This document shows, one piece after another, positions 40,983-52,457 of a DNA stretch of 64,000 nt. A program made the translations under genes and the position numbers. The notes beneath the pieces were generated by a model, which had not been told where the DNA came from, did not search any database, and saw only the letters and a list, made by a program, of their open reading frames with translations. This DNA is from Bosea sp. 67-29 (GTDB lineage Bacteria > Pseudomonadota > Alphaproteobacteria > Rhizobiales > Beijerinckiaceae), in the NCBI RefSeq assembly GCF_001898115.1, contig NZ_MKSQ01000015.1, positions 6,274 to 70,273 on the forward strand, in the 5' to 3' direction. Every line of letters begins with the position of its first letter. The first letter of the stretch is position 1.

Positions 40983-42716
40983 CTATCGGCTGCCCAGGCC
41001 GAGATCGCCGAGCATCCGCTGCACCACCTCCTCGGCAAAGCCCTTCCGGGAGAGGTAGTCGCGCGGATCCGACTGGAATCGCGGGGAGCGCTCCTTCAGC
41101 GCCCGCAGCGCCGCGTCGCGCTTGGCGACGTCGTTGTTGCTGCCGGCTTGCAACGCCTGCCCGAGCAGGCTGAGCGGGGTGGTGTCGGCGGCGAGCACGG
41201 CAGCATAGGTTTCGGAGAGGCGCCTCGCGCCGGTCAGATAGGCCGCCACATAGGTATAGAAATCATACCAGGGGGGCCGGCCGGGGCTGATCGAGATCGC
41301 CCGCTCCAACAAGGGCAGCCCTTCGGCCGGACGATTGAGCCGAACATAGAGCGAGCCGAGATCGGCCATGATGTCGGGATCGTAGGGGTTGCGGTTCAGC
41401 GCCTCGCGCCCCGCCTTGATCGCATCGCCGACCGTCCCGCGCAGGAACAGGACATCCATCATCGCCTGCTGCGCCCGGGCACCCGACGGCGCGAGCTGCA
41501 TCGCGACCAAAGCCGAAGAGAGGGCGCGGTCCAGCGCCGCGCGCCGGTCCACATCCGCGCCCGACGCGACTTCGTTGGCACCGAGCATCGCGAGCTGGGC
41601 CCAGGCGGGATAGAATTCCGGATCGCGCTGCACGAGCTGCTCGAGGCACTGGCGGGCCGCCGCGCGCCGCTCCGCCGTCATGAAGCGACGGTAGTCGAAA
41701 GCCTGGAAGACGCACTGCATCGCGGAAGACGAGGCGTTCTGCCGAAAATCGGCGTGGATGATGCCGAACGGCTCCGCCAGGCGCGTTCCGATCCGGCGGC
41801 CGACATCGACGAGGTCCTGATCCTGCAGGAAGGCATCGGCCGGACGGCTTGCGGAAGCCGTCCACACGATGCGCCCATCCTTCGAGCGCAGGCGGCCGAA
41901 GCCCTCGAGCACGCCGTCCGTCGAGACGACGCTGATCTCGAAGACGTAATCGGCGCCCTCCGGCGCGGGTTCGCCGGGCGCGGGCGCCTTGATCACGAAG
42001 AGGTCGTCGAACCGCGCCATCACGTCGACGAACACCTCCGAGATGCGGCGGAGCGCGTCGGCGGTCTTGGCATCCTCCGGAATCCGCGGCATCACGATGG
42101 CTACCACGACCGGCTGGGTCGGGAGGGACGGACGTTCCTGCACCACCGTCGGCGGAGGAACCGGCGAGGGACTGCTCTGCGTCGTGTAGCGCTCGTCGAG
42201 CGGCTGCAGATACCAGGCGAACAGGGCGATGAGCGACAGGGCCAGGGCCGCCAGAGCAGCCTGAAGCCAGCGTCGGGCGGCCGGGTCGGGCTCGGGCGCC
42301 TCCCCGGCGTCAGGCTCGACGTCCTCTTCGACGGGCTCCACCGGCTCCGGCGCCCCGAATTCGAAGGCCGGAACATAGCCGCCGACCGGCATCGACACGC
42401 GCACCGGGTCGAGCCGCCCCTCGCCGGCATAATACTGCGTCAGGGCGCGACGCAGCCGGCCGGCCTCGACCCGCACGATCGGATCGATCTGCGGATCGAA
42501 TTCGGACGGACGCCCGAGCGCCTCCACGGCAATGGTGTAGCCTTTCAGCTCGGCGCTGCGGCCCTCGATCGCCCGCTCGACGACGAAGCTCAGGAAGGCC
42601 GAAAGCTGAGGCGCGGCGCTGAAGGCATCGGATGCGAGGATACGCGCGAGCCCGGCACGAAGCGACACGGCGGCCTCTTCGTCCAGCCGTGCGTTGTCTT
42701 CGGCACTATCGCCCAT
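40983..42716 (-). CDS. Membrane-spanning protein with N-terminal wHTH-like domain and C-terminal TolB-N/TPR-like region
   Basis: ILASDAF..APQLSAFLSFVVE..LKGYTIAVEALGR..FDPQIDPIVRVEAGRLR; one TM helix; TPR-like A..A..LNPYD. Confidence 0.75.
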   Translation of the reverse strand: MGDSAEDNARLDEEAAVSLRAGLARILASDAFSAAPQLSAFLSFVVERAIEGRSAELKGYTIAVEALGRPSEFDPQIDPIVRVEAGRLRRALTQYYAGEGRLDPVRVSMPVGGYVPAFEFGAPEPVEPVEEDVEPDAGEAPEPDPAARRWLQAALAALALSLIALFAWYLQPLDERYTTQSSPSPVPPPTVVQERPSLPTQPVVVAIVMPRIPEDAKTADALRRISEVFVDVMARFDDLFVIKAPAPGEPAPEGADYVFEISVVSTDGVLEGFGRLRSKDGRIVWTASASRPADAFLQDQDLVDVGRRIGTRLAEPFGIIHADFRQNASSSAMQCVFQAFDYRRFMTAERRAAARQCLEQLVQRDPEFYPAWAQLAMLGANEVASGADVDRRAALDRALSSALVAMQLAPSGARAQQAMMDVLFLRGTVGDAIKAGREALNRNPYDPDIMADLGSLYVRLNRPAEGLPLLERAISISPGRPPWYDFYTYVAAYLTGARRLSETYAAVLAADTTPLSLLGQALQAGSNNDVAKRDAALRALKERSPRFQSDPRDYLSRKGFAEEVVQRMLGDLGLGSR

Positions 42717-42889
42717 CGGGGTCCATTCAGTTCACGCCCCTATGGGCAGATTACGCCATCGCTGACGTGGCGTCACGTTGCAATTCCGACATGCACATTC
42801 GCCAGCGGACGCAGCCATGACGCGGTTCGGCGCGATTTACACGCTGCATCGACCTGCTAGGTTGAACGAACGTTAATTCACAGGACGCC

Positions 42890-44230
42890 GTGATGACCGC
42901 CGCCGCCCCCATCGCCACACCGAACGATCTCGAAGCCTTCTGGATGCCGTTCACACCGAACCGGTCGTTCAAGAAGAATCCCCGCATGATCGCCCGGGCC
43001 GAGGGCATGTACTACTATACGCCGGAGAACAGGCCCGTCATGGACGGCACGGCCGGGCTGTGGTGCTGCAATGCCGGCCATGCGCGCGAGCCCATCATCC
43101 AGGCGATCCAGGCGCAGGCGCGCGACCTCGACTACGCTCCCTCCTTCCAGTACGGCCATCCCAAGGTCTTCGCCGCCGCCGCCCGCATCGCAGCGCTGGC
43201 GCCGGGCGATCTCGACCATGTCTTCTTCGCCGGCTCCGGCTCGGAAGCGGCCGACTCGGCGCTCAAGATCGCGCTGGCCTACTGGAACGTCTCGGGCAAG
43301 GCTTCGAAGACCCGGCTGATCGGCCGCGAGCGCGGCTATCACGGCGTCGGCTTCGGCGGCATCTCTGTCGGCGGCATGTCGAACAACCGCAAGTTCTTCG
43401 GCTCGCTGCTCACCGGCGTCGACCACCTGCCCCATACCTATGACCGCGAGAAGCAGGCCTTCAGCAAGGGCGAGCCGGAATACGGCGCGCATTTCGCCGA
43501 CGAGCTGGAACGCCTGGTGGCGCTGCACGACGCCTCGACCATCGCCGCCGTGATCGTCGAACCGATGGCGGGCTCAACCGGCGCACTGCCGCCCCCGAAG
43601 GGCTATCTCAAGCGGCTGCGCGAGATCTGCGACAAGCACGGCATCCTGCTGATCTTCGACGAGGTCATCACCGGCTTCGGGCGTCTCGGGTTCGCCTTCG
43701 CCGCCGAGCGCTACGGCGTGATCCCGGACATGATCACCTTTGCCAAGGGCGTGACCTCCGGCACCGTGCCGATGGGCGGCGTGATCGTGCGCAAGCACAT
43801 CTACGACGCCTTCATGGGCGGCCCCGACAACGTCATCGAGCTGTTCCACGGCTACACCTATTCCGGCCATCCGCTGGCGGCGGCCGCGGCGCTCGCCTCG
43901 CTCGACATCTACCGCGACGAAGGGCTGTTCGAGCGAGCCCGCGCCATGGAAGGCGCCTTCGCCGACGCGGTGATGAGCCTCAGGGGCGAGCCGAACGTCG
44001 TCGACATCCGCACGCTCGGCATGGTCGGCGCCGTCGACCTCGCATCGCGCGCCGACGGAGCCGGCAAGCGCGGCTACGAGGCGATCGAGCGCGCCTTCCA
44101 CGAGGAAGGGCTGATGATCCGCACCGCCGCCGACACGATCGCCTTCTCCCCGCCGCTGATCATCACGGAGGCGCAGGTGGAGGAACTGGTCGGCAAGCTG
44201 CGCCGGGTGATCCGGTCGGTTGCGAACTGA
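42890..44230 (+). CDS. Class III aminotransferase (omega-amino acid / beta-alanine:pyruvate type)
   Basis: DGTAGLWCCNAGH, GSGSEA, YHG, LIFDEVITGFGRLG, ITFAKG, HGYTYSGHP. Confidence 0.92.
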   Translation: MMTAAAPIATPNDLEAFWMPFTPNRSFKKNPRMIARAEGMYYYTPENRPVMDGTAGLWCCNAGHAREPIIQAIQAQARDLDYAPSFQYGHPKVFAAAARIAALAPGDLDHVFFAGSGSEAADSALKIALAYWNVSGKASKTRLIGRERGYHGVGFGGISVGGMSNNRKFFGSLLTGVDHLPHTYDREKQAFSKGEPEYGAHFADELERLVALHDASTIAAVIVEPMAGSTGALPPPKGYLKRLREICDKHGILLIFDEVITGFGRLGFAFAAERYGVIPDMITFAKGVTSGTVPMGGVIVRKHIYDAFMGGPDNVIELFHGYTYSGHPLAAAAALASLDIYRDEGLFERARAMEGAFADAVMSLRGEPNVVDIRTLGMVGAVDLASRADGAGKRGYEAIERAFHEEGLMIRTAADTIAFSPPLIITEAQVEELVGKLRRVIRSVAN

Positions 44231-44244
44231 GGCCCGCTGCTTCG

Positions 44245-44481
44245 ATGGCCCGTGTTGAGAGCATTGAGATGGGCTCGTCAGAAGGAGCCCTTCACCCAAG
44301 CACTGTCCGTGCACGGGTGAAAATTTTTGGAGATGGAACCAAAGGCCCCATCATCCAGATCGATACATTTGGCTCTGCGGATCGCGAAATTCCCGGAAAG
44401 CTCAGTCAGACGATCCAATTCGACAGAGATACTGGCCAACAGCTGCTAGCGATCCTTCAGCGGACATACGGAAACAAGTAA
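44245..44481 (+). CDS. Small hypothetical protein (78 aa), AT-richer
   Basis: Fills the gap between two genes; IQIDTFGSADREIPGKLSQTIQFD looks like a structured domain; atypical codon usage. Confidence 0.6.
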   Translation: MARVESIEMGSSEGALHPSTVRARVKIFGDGTKGPIIQIDTFGSADREIPGKLSQTIQFDRDTGQQLLAILQRTYGNK

Positions 44482-44500
44482 GTAGCGGCTTGCGACCGCC

Positions 44501-44995
44501 CTACACCCGCCGCAGCTTGTTGTAGCGGGCGATCAACCTATCGCGCTTGAGCCGCGAGAGGCGATCGATCCAGAAGACGCCGTCGAGCTGGTCGATCTCG
44601 TGCTGATGGCAGACGGAAAGCAGGCCCTCCGCCTCCTCGACCTGCTCTGCCCCGTCGAGATCGCGGTAGCGCACCCGCACGCGGGCATGGCGTTCGATCT
44701 CATCGGTCACGCCCGGCATCGAGACGCTGCCCTCGACGTGGCGGATAGTCTCGCGCGAGACCGAGTCCAGTACGGGATTGACGTAGGTCCGTACGCTGCC
44801 CGGCACCAGCTCCAGCACCACCAGCCGCAGCGAAACACCGATATGCGGCGCGGTGATGCCGATGCCGGGCGCTTCCCGCATCGTGTCGAGCAGATCGGCC
44901 GCAAGCTCGCGCAGATCGGCATCGAAGCGCGTGACGGGTGCCGCCGCCACGCGCAGGCGCGGATCGGGAAAGCTCAGGATCGGCCGCGACGGCAT
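44501..44995 (-). CDS. Peptide deformylase-like protein, probably inactive
   Basis: PDF fold motifs degenerate: GIGITAPH, EGSVS, HEIDQ. Confidence 0.88.
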   Translation of the reverse strand: MPSRPILSFPDPRLRVAAAPVTRFDADLRELAADLLDTMREAPGIGITAPHIGVSLRLVVLELVPGSVRTYVNPVLDSVSRETIRHVEGSVSMPGVTDEIERHARVRVRYRDLDGAEQVEEAEGLLSVCHQHEIDQLDGVFWIDRLSRLKRDRLIARYNKLRRV

Positions 44996-45148
44996 AGGCT
45001 TGTTCCGACTTCCTGCTTGCATCCCCGATTCCGAGCTTCACGGAACCGGCCCCTCCGGCAAACCGCTTCCCGATGTTATCCGGAAGCGCATCATGCGATC
45101 GAACGGCGACAGGCGCCTCGCGAGCCTGCCGCCGATTCGACGGCGAGC

Positions 45149-45922
45149 CTACTTCGTGGTGTAGCCGCCATTCACGAGGATGGTCTGGCCGGTCATCCAC
45201 CAGCCGTCCGAGACGAGGAAGCGAATCCAGGGCACGATGTCCTGGATATCGGTCAGGCCCGTCTTCGAGAAGGGCGAGAGCGCGGCGGCACTCTTGTGAT
45301 AGGCGACCGCATCGGCCCCTTCCGCGGGGTAGAAGAACGGCGTGTCCATCGGGCCAGGGCCGATGGCGGTGACCGAGATTCCCCGCGCGCCGAATTCCTT
45401 CGAGGCGGCGCGGGTATAATGCTCGACCGGGGCCTTGGTGCCGGCATAGCTCGCATAGAACGGCGTGAAGGCGCCGAGCAGCGAAGTCACCAGCGTGCAG
45501 ACCTTGCCGTTGTCGCTGACCTGCCTGCCGGCCTCCTTGAGGAAGAAGAACGCCGTCTTCGAGTTGACCGCGCTCATCTCGTCGAACTCGGCCTCGCTGA
45601 TCTCGACCATCGGCTTCTTCAGCACCTTGCCGACCGTGTTGACCGCGATGTCGATCGAGCCCATCGCCGCCTTGGCTTCGGTGAAGAGCTTCTCCATGGC
45701 GGAAGCCGAGGTCAGGTCGGCCTGGAAGGCGAAGGCATCCGCGCCGGCCGCCTTGATCGCGGCCATGGTCTTTTCGGCCTCGGCCTTGGCCGGAGCGCTG
45801 TTGTAGTGGATCGCGACGGCCTTCGCGCCCTGCGCCGCCAGGTCCTTCGCCAGCAGGCCGCCGAGATTCTTGGCGCCGCCGGCGATCAGAACCGTCTTAC
45901 CCTTGATGCCGTGGTCGGCCAT
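45149..45922 (-). CDS. SDR family oxidoreductase
   Basis: IAGGAKNLG, INTVG-like AVNTVG, YAGTK (YxxxK), GPGPMDT. Confidence 0.92.
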   Translation of the reverse strand: MADHGIKGKTVLIAGGAKNLGGLLAKDLAAQGAKAVAIHYNSAPAKAEAEKTMAAIKAAGADAFAFQADLTSASAMEKLFTEAKAAMGSIDIAVNTVGKVLKKPMVEISEAEFDEMSAVNSKTAFFFLKEAGRQVSDNGKVCTLVTSLLGAFTPFYASYAGTKAPVEHYTRAASKEFGARGISVTAIGPGPMDTPFFYPAEGADAVAYHKSAAALSPFSKTGLTDIQDIVPWIRFLVSDGWWMTGQTILVNGGYTTK

Positions 45923-46038
45923 CGCATGCTCCTGTTCGCCTGGAATCGATGGCGACAAGATATCGTCTCAAAATCGGCTATAAAGATTTCGATTATGACA
46001 TCACTGGTCAGATATTTCGAACAATCTGGAGTGCCGAT

Positions 46039-46941
46039 TTGGACCGCATCGACCTCTTTCGCATCTACGCCCGCGTCGTCGAATGCGAGAGCTTCACCCA
46101 GGCGGCCAAAGCGCTGGGACTGCCGCGCTCCTCGGTCTCGGCGGCGGTCGCCGCGCTGGAGCAACGGATCGGCACCCGGCTGCTCCAGCGCACGACGCGG
46201 CGCGTCTCGGCGACACCGGACGGCGCGGCCTTCTACGAGCATTGCTCCCGACTCGTGGCCGATGTCGAGGAGACCGAGGCGTTGTTCCGCCACAGCGCCG
46301 CAAGCCCGGCCGGACGGCTCAGGATCGACGTGCCCGGCCGGATCGGGCGCCTGATCATCGCGCCGGCCCTGCCCGATTTCCTCGCCCGCTATCCCGAGAT
46401 CGATATCGATCTCAGCGTCACCGACCGGGCGGCCAACCTGATCGAGGACGGCATCGATTGCGTGCTGCGCGTCGGCCCCTTGAGCGATTCAGGGCTGATC
46501 GCGCGCTCGGTCGGGGAGTTGCCACTGATCAATGTCGCCAGCCCCGGCTATCTTGCGGCGCATGGCGTGCCGACGCATCCCGGCGAACTCGATGGGCACA
46601 GGGCTGTCAACTACGCCTCGCCGTCGACGGGGCGGATCGAGCCCTGGGAATGGCTGGAGGACGGTACGCTTCATGGCCGCGCCCTGCCCGGCCGCGTCAC
46701 CGTCAACAGTGCGGAAGCCTATATCGCCTGCTGCCTCGCCGGGCTCGGCCTGATCCAGATCCCGGCTTATGACGTCGCCGAGCATCTCGCGGCGGCCGAG
46801 CTCGTCGAGGTCATGCCCCGCCACCGGGCTGCGCCGATGCCGATGACCCTGCTCTATCCCCACCGCCGGCACCTCTCGCGCCGGCTGCAGGTCCTCGCGG
46901 ACTGGCTCGTGGCGCTGCTGCGCACGCGGCTGGCGAACTGA
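46039..46941 (+). CDS. LysR family regulator (CrgA-like), TTG start
   Basis: [27 protein letters not shown]; GGAG 7 nt before TTG; divergent from the SDR. Confidence 0.92.
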   Translation: MDRIDLFRIYARVVECESFTQAAKALGLPRSSVSAAVAALEQRIGTRLLQRTTRRVSATPDGAAFYEHCSRLVADVEETEALFRHSAASPAGRLRIDVPGRIGRLIIAPALPDFLARYPEIDIDLSVTDRAANLIEDGIDCVLRVGPLSDSGLIARSVGELPLINVASPGYLAAHGVPTHPGELDGHRAVNYASPSTGRIEPWEWLEDGTLHGRALPGRVTVNSAEAYIACCLAGLGLIQIPAYDVAEHLAAAELVEVMPRHRAAPMPMTLLYPHRRHLSRRLQVLADWLVALLRTRLAN

Positions 46942-46947
46942 ACCCTG

Positions 46948-47048
46948 GGGCACTGCCACGTTTCTCCGAAACGCGTCAGTGCTCCAGACCTTTGTTTTAT
47001 CGCATTTTCTTCACGCGAACCGGTATCCACTTCGCTCGAAAATGCTCT
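46948..47048 (-). repeat. REP/MITE-like intergenic element
   Basis: AGAGCATTTTCGAGCGAAGTGGATACCGGTTCGCGTGAAGAAAATGCG plus terminal hairpin GGGCACTG..CAGTGCTC between convergent genes. Confidence 0.7.
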
Positions 47049-47051
47049 GGC

Positions 47052-49253
47052 TCAGGCCGCCTGCTTCTCGGCCGTGCCGTAGAAGCTCTCGCCGGTCTTG
47101 GCCATGCGCTTCAGCAGCCGATTCGGCTTGAAGCGCTGGCCATGGGCCTTGGCCAGCTTCTCGCAGAGCTTCACGAAGGCCGCCGCGCCCATGTTGTCGA
47201 TATAGGACAACGTGCCGCCCGAGTAAGGCGCGAAGCCGAAGCCGATGATCGAGCCGACATCCGCCTCGCGCGGATCGGTGACGACGCCTTCCTCATAGGT
47301 CTTCGCGGCTTCGAGCGCCTGCGTCACCAGGAGGCGATGCTTCAGCTCCTCCATGTCGACGCTCTCGGGATCGAGCCGCTTGCCGACGAGATCGGCAAGG
47401 CCCGGCCAGAGCCGCTTCGGCCCGGCTTCCGGATAGTCGTAGAAGCCCTTGCGGTTCTTGCGGCCGAGGCGGCCATGCTTCTCGACCATGTCGGCGAGCA
47501 GCTTCTCCTGCGCCGGATCGACCGCGCCTTCGCCGAGCTGGGCCTTGGTCGCCTTCAGCACCTTGTAGGCGAGATCGACGGCGACCTCGTCATTGAGCGA
47601 GAGCGGCCCGACCGGCATGCCGGCCTGCTTGCCGGCGGCCTCGATCATCGCCGGCGGCACGCCTTCCATCAGCATGAGGTGGCCTTCGCGGATATAGTTG
47701 CCGACGCAGCGATTGGCGTAGAAGCCACGGGTGTCGTTGACGACGATCGGCGTCTTCTTGATGGCGCGGACGAAGTCCAGCGCCATGGCGAGCGCCTTCT
47801 TGCCGGTCTTCTTGGCCATGATGACCTCGACCAGCAGCATCTTCTCGACCGGCGAGAAGAAATGGATGCCGATGAAGTTCTTCGGGCGCTGGCTGGTCTC
47901 GGCGAGGCCGGTGATCGGCAGCGTCGAGGTGTTGGAGCCGAAGATGGTGCGCGGGCCGACCACGGCCTCGACCTTGGCGATGACCTCGGCCTTGACCTTC
48001 GGGTCTTCGAAGACGGCCTCGACGATCAGGTCGCAGCCCTTGAGATCGGCGTAATCGGCGGAGGCCTTGATGCGGCCGAGCAGCGCGTCGCGGTCGGCGG
48101 TCTTGGCGCGGCCCTTCATGATCTGGTCGGAGACCAGCTTGTGCGAATAGGCCTTGCCCTTCTCGGCCGCCTCGATGTCCTTGTCGACCAGCACGACCTC
48201 CAGGCCGGCATTCGCCGTGACATAGGCGATGCCGGCGCCCATGAAGCCCGCGCCGATGACGCCGACCTTCTTGAGCTTGGACGGCGGCACGTCGGCCGGG
48301 CGGCGGGCACCCTTGTTCAGCTCCTGCATCGAGACGAAGAGCGAGCGGATCATCGAGGCCGCCTCCTTCGTCCTGAGGATCTTGGCGAAGTAGCGGCTCT
48401 CGACCTTGAGGCCGAGATCGATCGGGAGTTGCAAGCCCTCATAGACAGCCGAGAGGATGGCGCGGGCGGCCGGGTAGTTGTCGTTGGTCTCGCGGCGATA
48501 GATCGCGTTGGCCGGCGGCCAGATCTGCATGCCGGCCGGCGAATGCACCTTGTTCGAGGGCAGCTTGAAGCCCTTCTGGTCCCAGGGCTGCGTTGCCTGC
48601 GGATTGGCCTTGAGCCAATCCTTGGCGTTCTGGACGATGTCGGCGCGCGGCGCGACCGCATGGACGAGGCCGGAATTGCGCGCCGGCAGCGCCTTCACCT
48701 GCTCGCCCTTGAACATCATCTGGAGCGCGTCGCCGGTCTGCATCAGGCGCGAAACGCGCTGGGTGCCGCCGGCGCCGGGGAAGAGCCCGACCTTGATCTC
48801 GGGCAGGCCGACCCGGGTCGAGGCATCGTCCGAAACGACGCGATACTGGCAGGCGAGCGAGAGTTCGAAGGCCCCGCCGAGGCAGACGCCGTTGATCGCC
48901 GCGGCGAAGGGTTTTCCGCAGGTTTCGAGCTTGCGGTAGAGCAGAGAGAGCTTGCGGCTCTCGTCGAAGAAGCTCTGCATCGCGACCGCCTCGCCCTTCT
49001 CCCTGGCGAGCTTCACATAGAGATCGCGCAGGCCCTGGAGCATGGTGAGATCGGCACCGCCGGAGAAGCTCTCCTTGCCGGATGTGATGACGCAGCCCTT
49101 GATGGCTTCATCGCCCGCGACCTTGTCGACGATCTGGTTCAGCTCTTCCATCACCTCGGGGGTGATGACGTTCATCGAGCGGCCCGGCATGTCCCAGGTC
49201 GCGACGGCGATGCCGTCGGCGTCGGTCTCGAAGCGGAAATTGGTGAGGTTCAT
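47052..49253 (-). CDS. 3-hydroxyacyl-CoA dehydrogenase / enoyl-CoA hydratase (FadB/FadJ-like)
   Basis: [52 protein letters not shown]. Confidence 0.94.
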   Translation of the reverse strand: MNLTNFRFETDADGIAVATWDMPGRSMNVITPEVMEELNQIVDKVAGDEAIKGCVITSGKESFSGGADLTMLQGLRDLYVKLAREKGEAVAMQSFFDESRKLSLLYRKLETCGKPFAAAINGVCLGGAFELSLACQYRVVSDDASTRVGLPEIKVGLFPGAGGTQRVSRLMQTGDALQMMFKGEQVKALPARNSGLVHAVAPRADIVQNAKDWLKANPQATQPWDQKGFKLPSNKVHSPAGMQIWPPANAIYRRETNDNYPAARAILSAVYEGLQLPIDLGLKVESRYFAKILRTKEAASMIRSLFVSMQELNKGARRPADVPPSKLKKVGVIGAGFMGAGIAYVTANAGLEVVLVDKDIEAAEKGKAYSHKLVSDQIMKGRAKTADRDALLGRIKASADYADLKGCDLIVEAVFEDPKVKAEVIAKVEAVVGPRTIFGSNTSTLPITGLAETSQRPKNFIGIHFFSPVEKMLLVEVIMAKKTGKKALAMALDFVRAIKKTPIVVNDTRGFYANRCVGNYIREGHLMLMEGVPPAMIEAAGKQAGMPVGPLSLNDEVAVDLAYKVLKATKAQLGEGAVDPAQEKLLADMVEKHGRLGRKNRKGFYDYPEAGPKRLWPGLADLVGKRLDPESVDMEELKHRLLVTQALEAAKTYEEGVVTDPREADVGSIIGFGFAPYSGGTLSYIDNMGAAAFVKLCEKLAKAHGQRFKPNRLLKRMAKTGESFYGTAEKQAA

Positions 49254-49276
49254 GATCTCTCTCCCTGCCCTTCCGC

Positions 49277-50485
<1,209 letters not shown>

Positions 50486-50534
50486 TTGGTGGCCTCCCGG
50501 GAGCGCCGTCGGGCGGCGCGTTCTGGTGCCGGAC

Positions 50535-50613
50535 GTCATGGTCGGGCTTGACCCGACCATCTCGTCATCCAGCGGGTTCTGCAAGCGATGCCCGGGGCAA
50601 GCCCGGGTATGAC
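50535..50613. repeat. REP doublet (two inverted ~27-bp palindromic units)
   Basis: GTCATGGTCGGGCTTGACCCGACCATC and, on the opposite strand, GTCATACCCGGGCTTGCCCCGGGCATC. Confidence 0.8.
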
Positions 50614-50623
50614 GGCGTTGTCG

Positions 50624-52411
50624 TCAGAACTGCTCGGCGCTGAGCGCCATGGTGGTGTCCGCGCCGGAGGTGATCCGCGCCAGATGGGCAGCGGTCTCCG
50701 GCAAGGTGCGCTCCATGAAGAAGCGGGCCGTGACGAGCTTGCCGCTCATCCGCTCGTCGGCACCGGCCGTGAGCTTCTCCTGCGCGGCCTTGGCGATCTT
50801 GACCCACATGTAGCCGAGCGAGACGAGGCCGAGCAGGTGCATGAAGTCGGTCGCGCCGGCGCCGGCATTGTCGGGCTTGGCGAGGGCGTTGTTCATGAAC
50901 CACATCGCCGCCTGCTGGAGATGGCCCAGCGAGATCTGGAGCGGCCCGAGCAGCGGCTTCAACGCCTCGTCCTCGGCATTCTCCTTCAGGAAGCCACCGA
51001 CCTCGTTGAAGAAGGCCATGATGCCACGACCACCATCGCGGCCGAGCTTGCGGCCGACGAGATCCATCGCCTGCACGCCGTTGGCGCCCTCGTAGATCAT
51101 GGCGATGCGGGCATCGCGGACGAACTGCTCGACGCCGGTCTCGGCGATATAGCCGTGGCCGCCGAACATCTGCTGCGCCTTCACCGCGTTGTCGAAGCCG
51201 ATATCGGTGAGCACGCCCTTGAGCACCGGCGTCATCAGGCCGAGCTGGTCGTCTGCGGCCTGGCGCTCGGCCGCATCGCCGGAGCGATGGGCGATGTCCG
51301 ACTTCAGCGCGTTCCAGAGCACGAAGGCGCGCGCGGCCTCGTTGAAGGCCTTGATCGACATCAGCGTGCGGCGCACGTCCGGGTGGACGATGATCGGATC
51401 GGCCGGCTTGGCGGGCTCCTTGGCGCCGGTCAGCGCCCTGCCCTGCAGGCGCTCCTTGGCATAGGCGACGGCGTTCTGATAGGCGACCTCGGACTGGGCG
51501 AGGCCCTGGATCGCGACGCCGAGGCGGGCCTCGTTCATCATCACGAACATGGCGTTGAGGCCGCGATTCTCCTCACCGACCAGCCAGCCCTGCGCGCCTT
51601 CATAGTTCATGACGCAAGTGGCGTTGCCGTGGATGCCCATCTTGTGCTCGATCGAGCCGCAGGAGACGCCGTTATTGGCGCCGACCGAGCCATCCCCGCC
51701 TATCTTGTTGCGCGGCACGACGAAGAGCGAGATGCCCTTCGTGCCGGCCGGTGCGCCCTCGATGCGGGCGAGCACGAGATGGATGATGTTCTCGGTGATG
51801 TCCTGCTCGCCGGCCGAGATGAAGATCTTGGTGCCGGAGATGGCGTAGGAGCCGTCGCCGTTCGGCACGGCCTTGGTCTTGAGCAGGCCGAGATCGGTAC
51901 CGCAATGCGGCTCGGTCAGGTTCATCGTGCCCGACCAGGTGCCGTCGATCATCTTCGGCAGATAGGTGCGCTTGATCTCGTCGGAGCCGTGGACGTAGAG
52001 CGCGGCGATCGCGCCCATGGTCAGGCCCGGATACATGGCGAAAGCCATGTTCGCGGCCGAGGCATATTCGTTCATCACGGCGCCGAGCGTGTAGGGCAGG
52101 CCCTGGCCGCCATACTCGGGATCCATCGCAAGGCCGATCCAGCCGCCGCCGGCATAGGCCTCATAAGCCTCCTTGAAGCCCTTCGGCGTGGTGACGCGGC
52201 CGTCTGGGTGGCGGGTGCAGCCTTCCTGATCGCCGGAATAGTTGATCGGCTGGAGGACTTCCTCGCAGAGCTTCGCGCCCTCGCCGAGGACGGCCTCGAT
52301 CACGTCGGGCGTGGCGTCCGAGAACCCCGGAAGGTTGTTGTAGCGCTCGATGTTGAAGACGTCTTTGAGCAGGAAAAGCGTATCGTCGACGGGCGCCTTA
52401 TAGACCGGCAT
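50624..52411 (-). CDS. Acyl-CoA dehydrogenase
   Basis: TMNLTEPHCGTDLG, GTKIFIS, IEHKMGIHG, QMFGGHGY, IYEGANG. Confidence 0.95.
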   Translation of the reverse strand: MPVYKAPVDDTLFLLKDVFNIERYNNLPGFSDATPDVIEAVLGEGAKLCEEVLQPINYSGDQEGCTRHPDGRVTTPKGFKEAYEAYAGGGWIGLAMDPEYGGQGLPYTLGAVMNEYASAANMAFAMYPGLTMGAIAALYVHGSDEIKRTYLPKMIDGTWSGTMNLTEPHCGTDLGLLKTKAVPNGDGSYAISGTKIFISAGEQDITENIIHLVLARIEGAPAGTKGISLFVVPRNKIGGDGSVGANNGVSCGSIEHKMGIHGNATCVMNYEGAQGWLVGEENRGLNAMFVMMNEARLGVAIQGLAQSEVAYQNAVAYAKERLQGRALTGAKEPAKPADPIIVHPDVRRTLMSIKAFNEAARAFVLWNALKSDIAHRSGDAAERQAADDQLGLMTPVLKGVLTDIGFDNAVKAQQMFGGHGYIAETGVEQFVRDARIAMIYEGANGVQAMDLVGRKLGRDGGRGIMAFFNEVGGFLKENAEDEALKPLLGPLQISLGHLQQAAMWFMNNALAKPDNAGAGATDFMHLLGLVSLGYMWVKIAKAAQEKLTAGADERMSGKLVTARFFMERTLPETAAHLARITSGADTTMALSAEQF

Positions 52412-52457
52412 GATCGTCCTCCCTCATGTCGCGCAGCCGCGCCTCCCGGCTGACCAG

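Noticed and set aside
39690-42860. 1056-aa plus-strand ORF
   Set aside because: Antisense to two genuine genes with recognisable motifs; composition typical of a shadow frame
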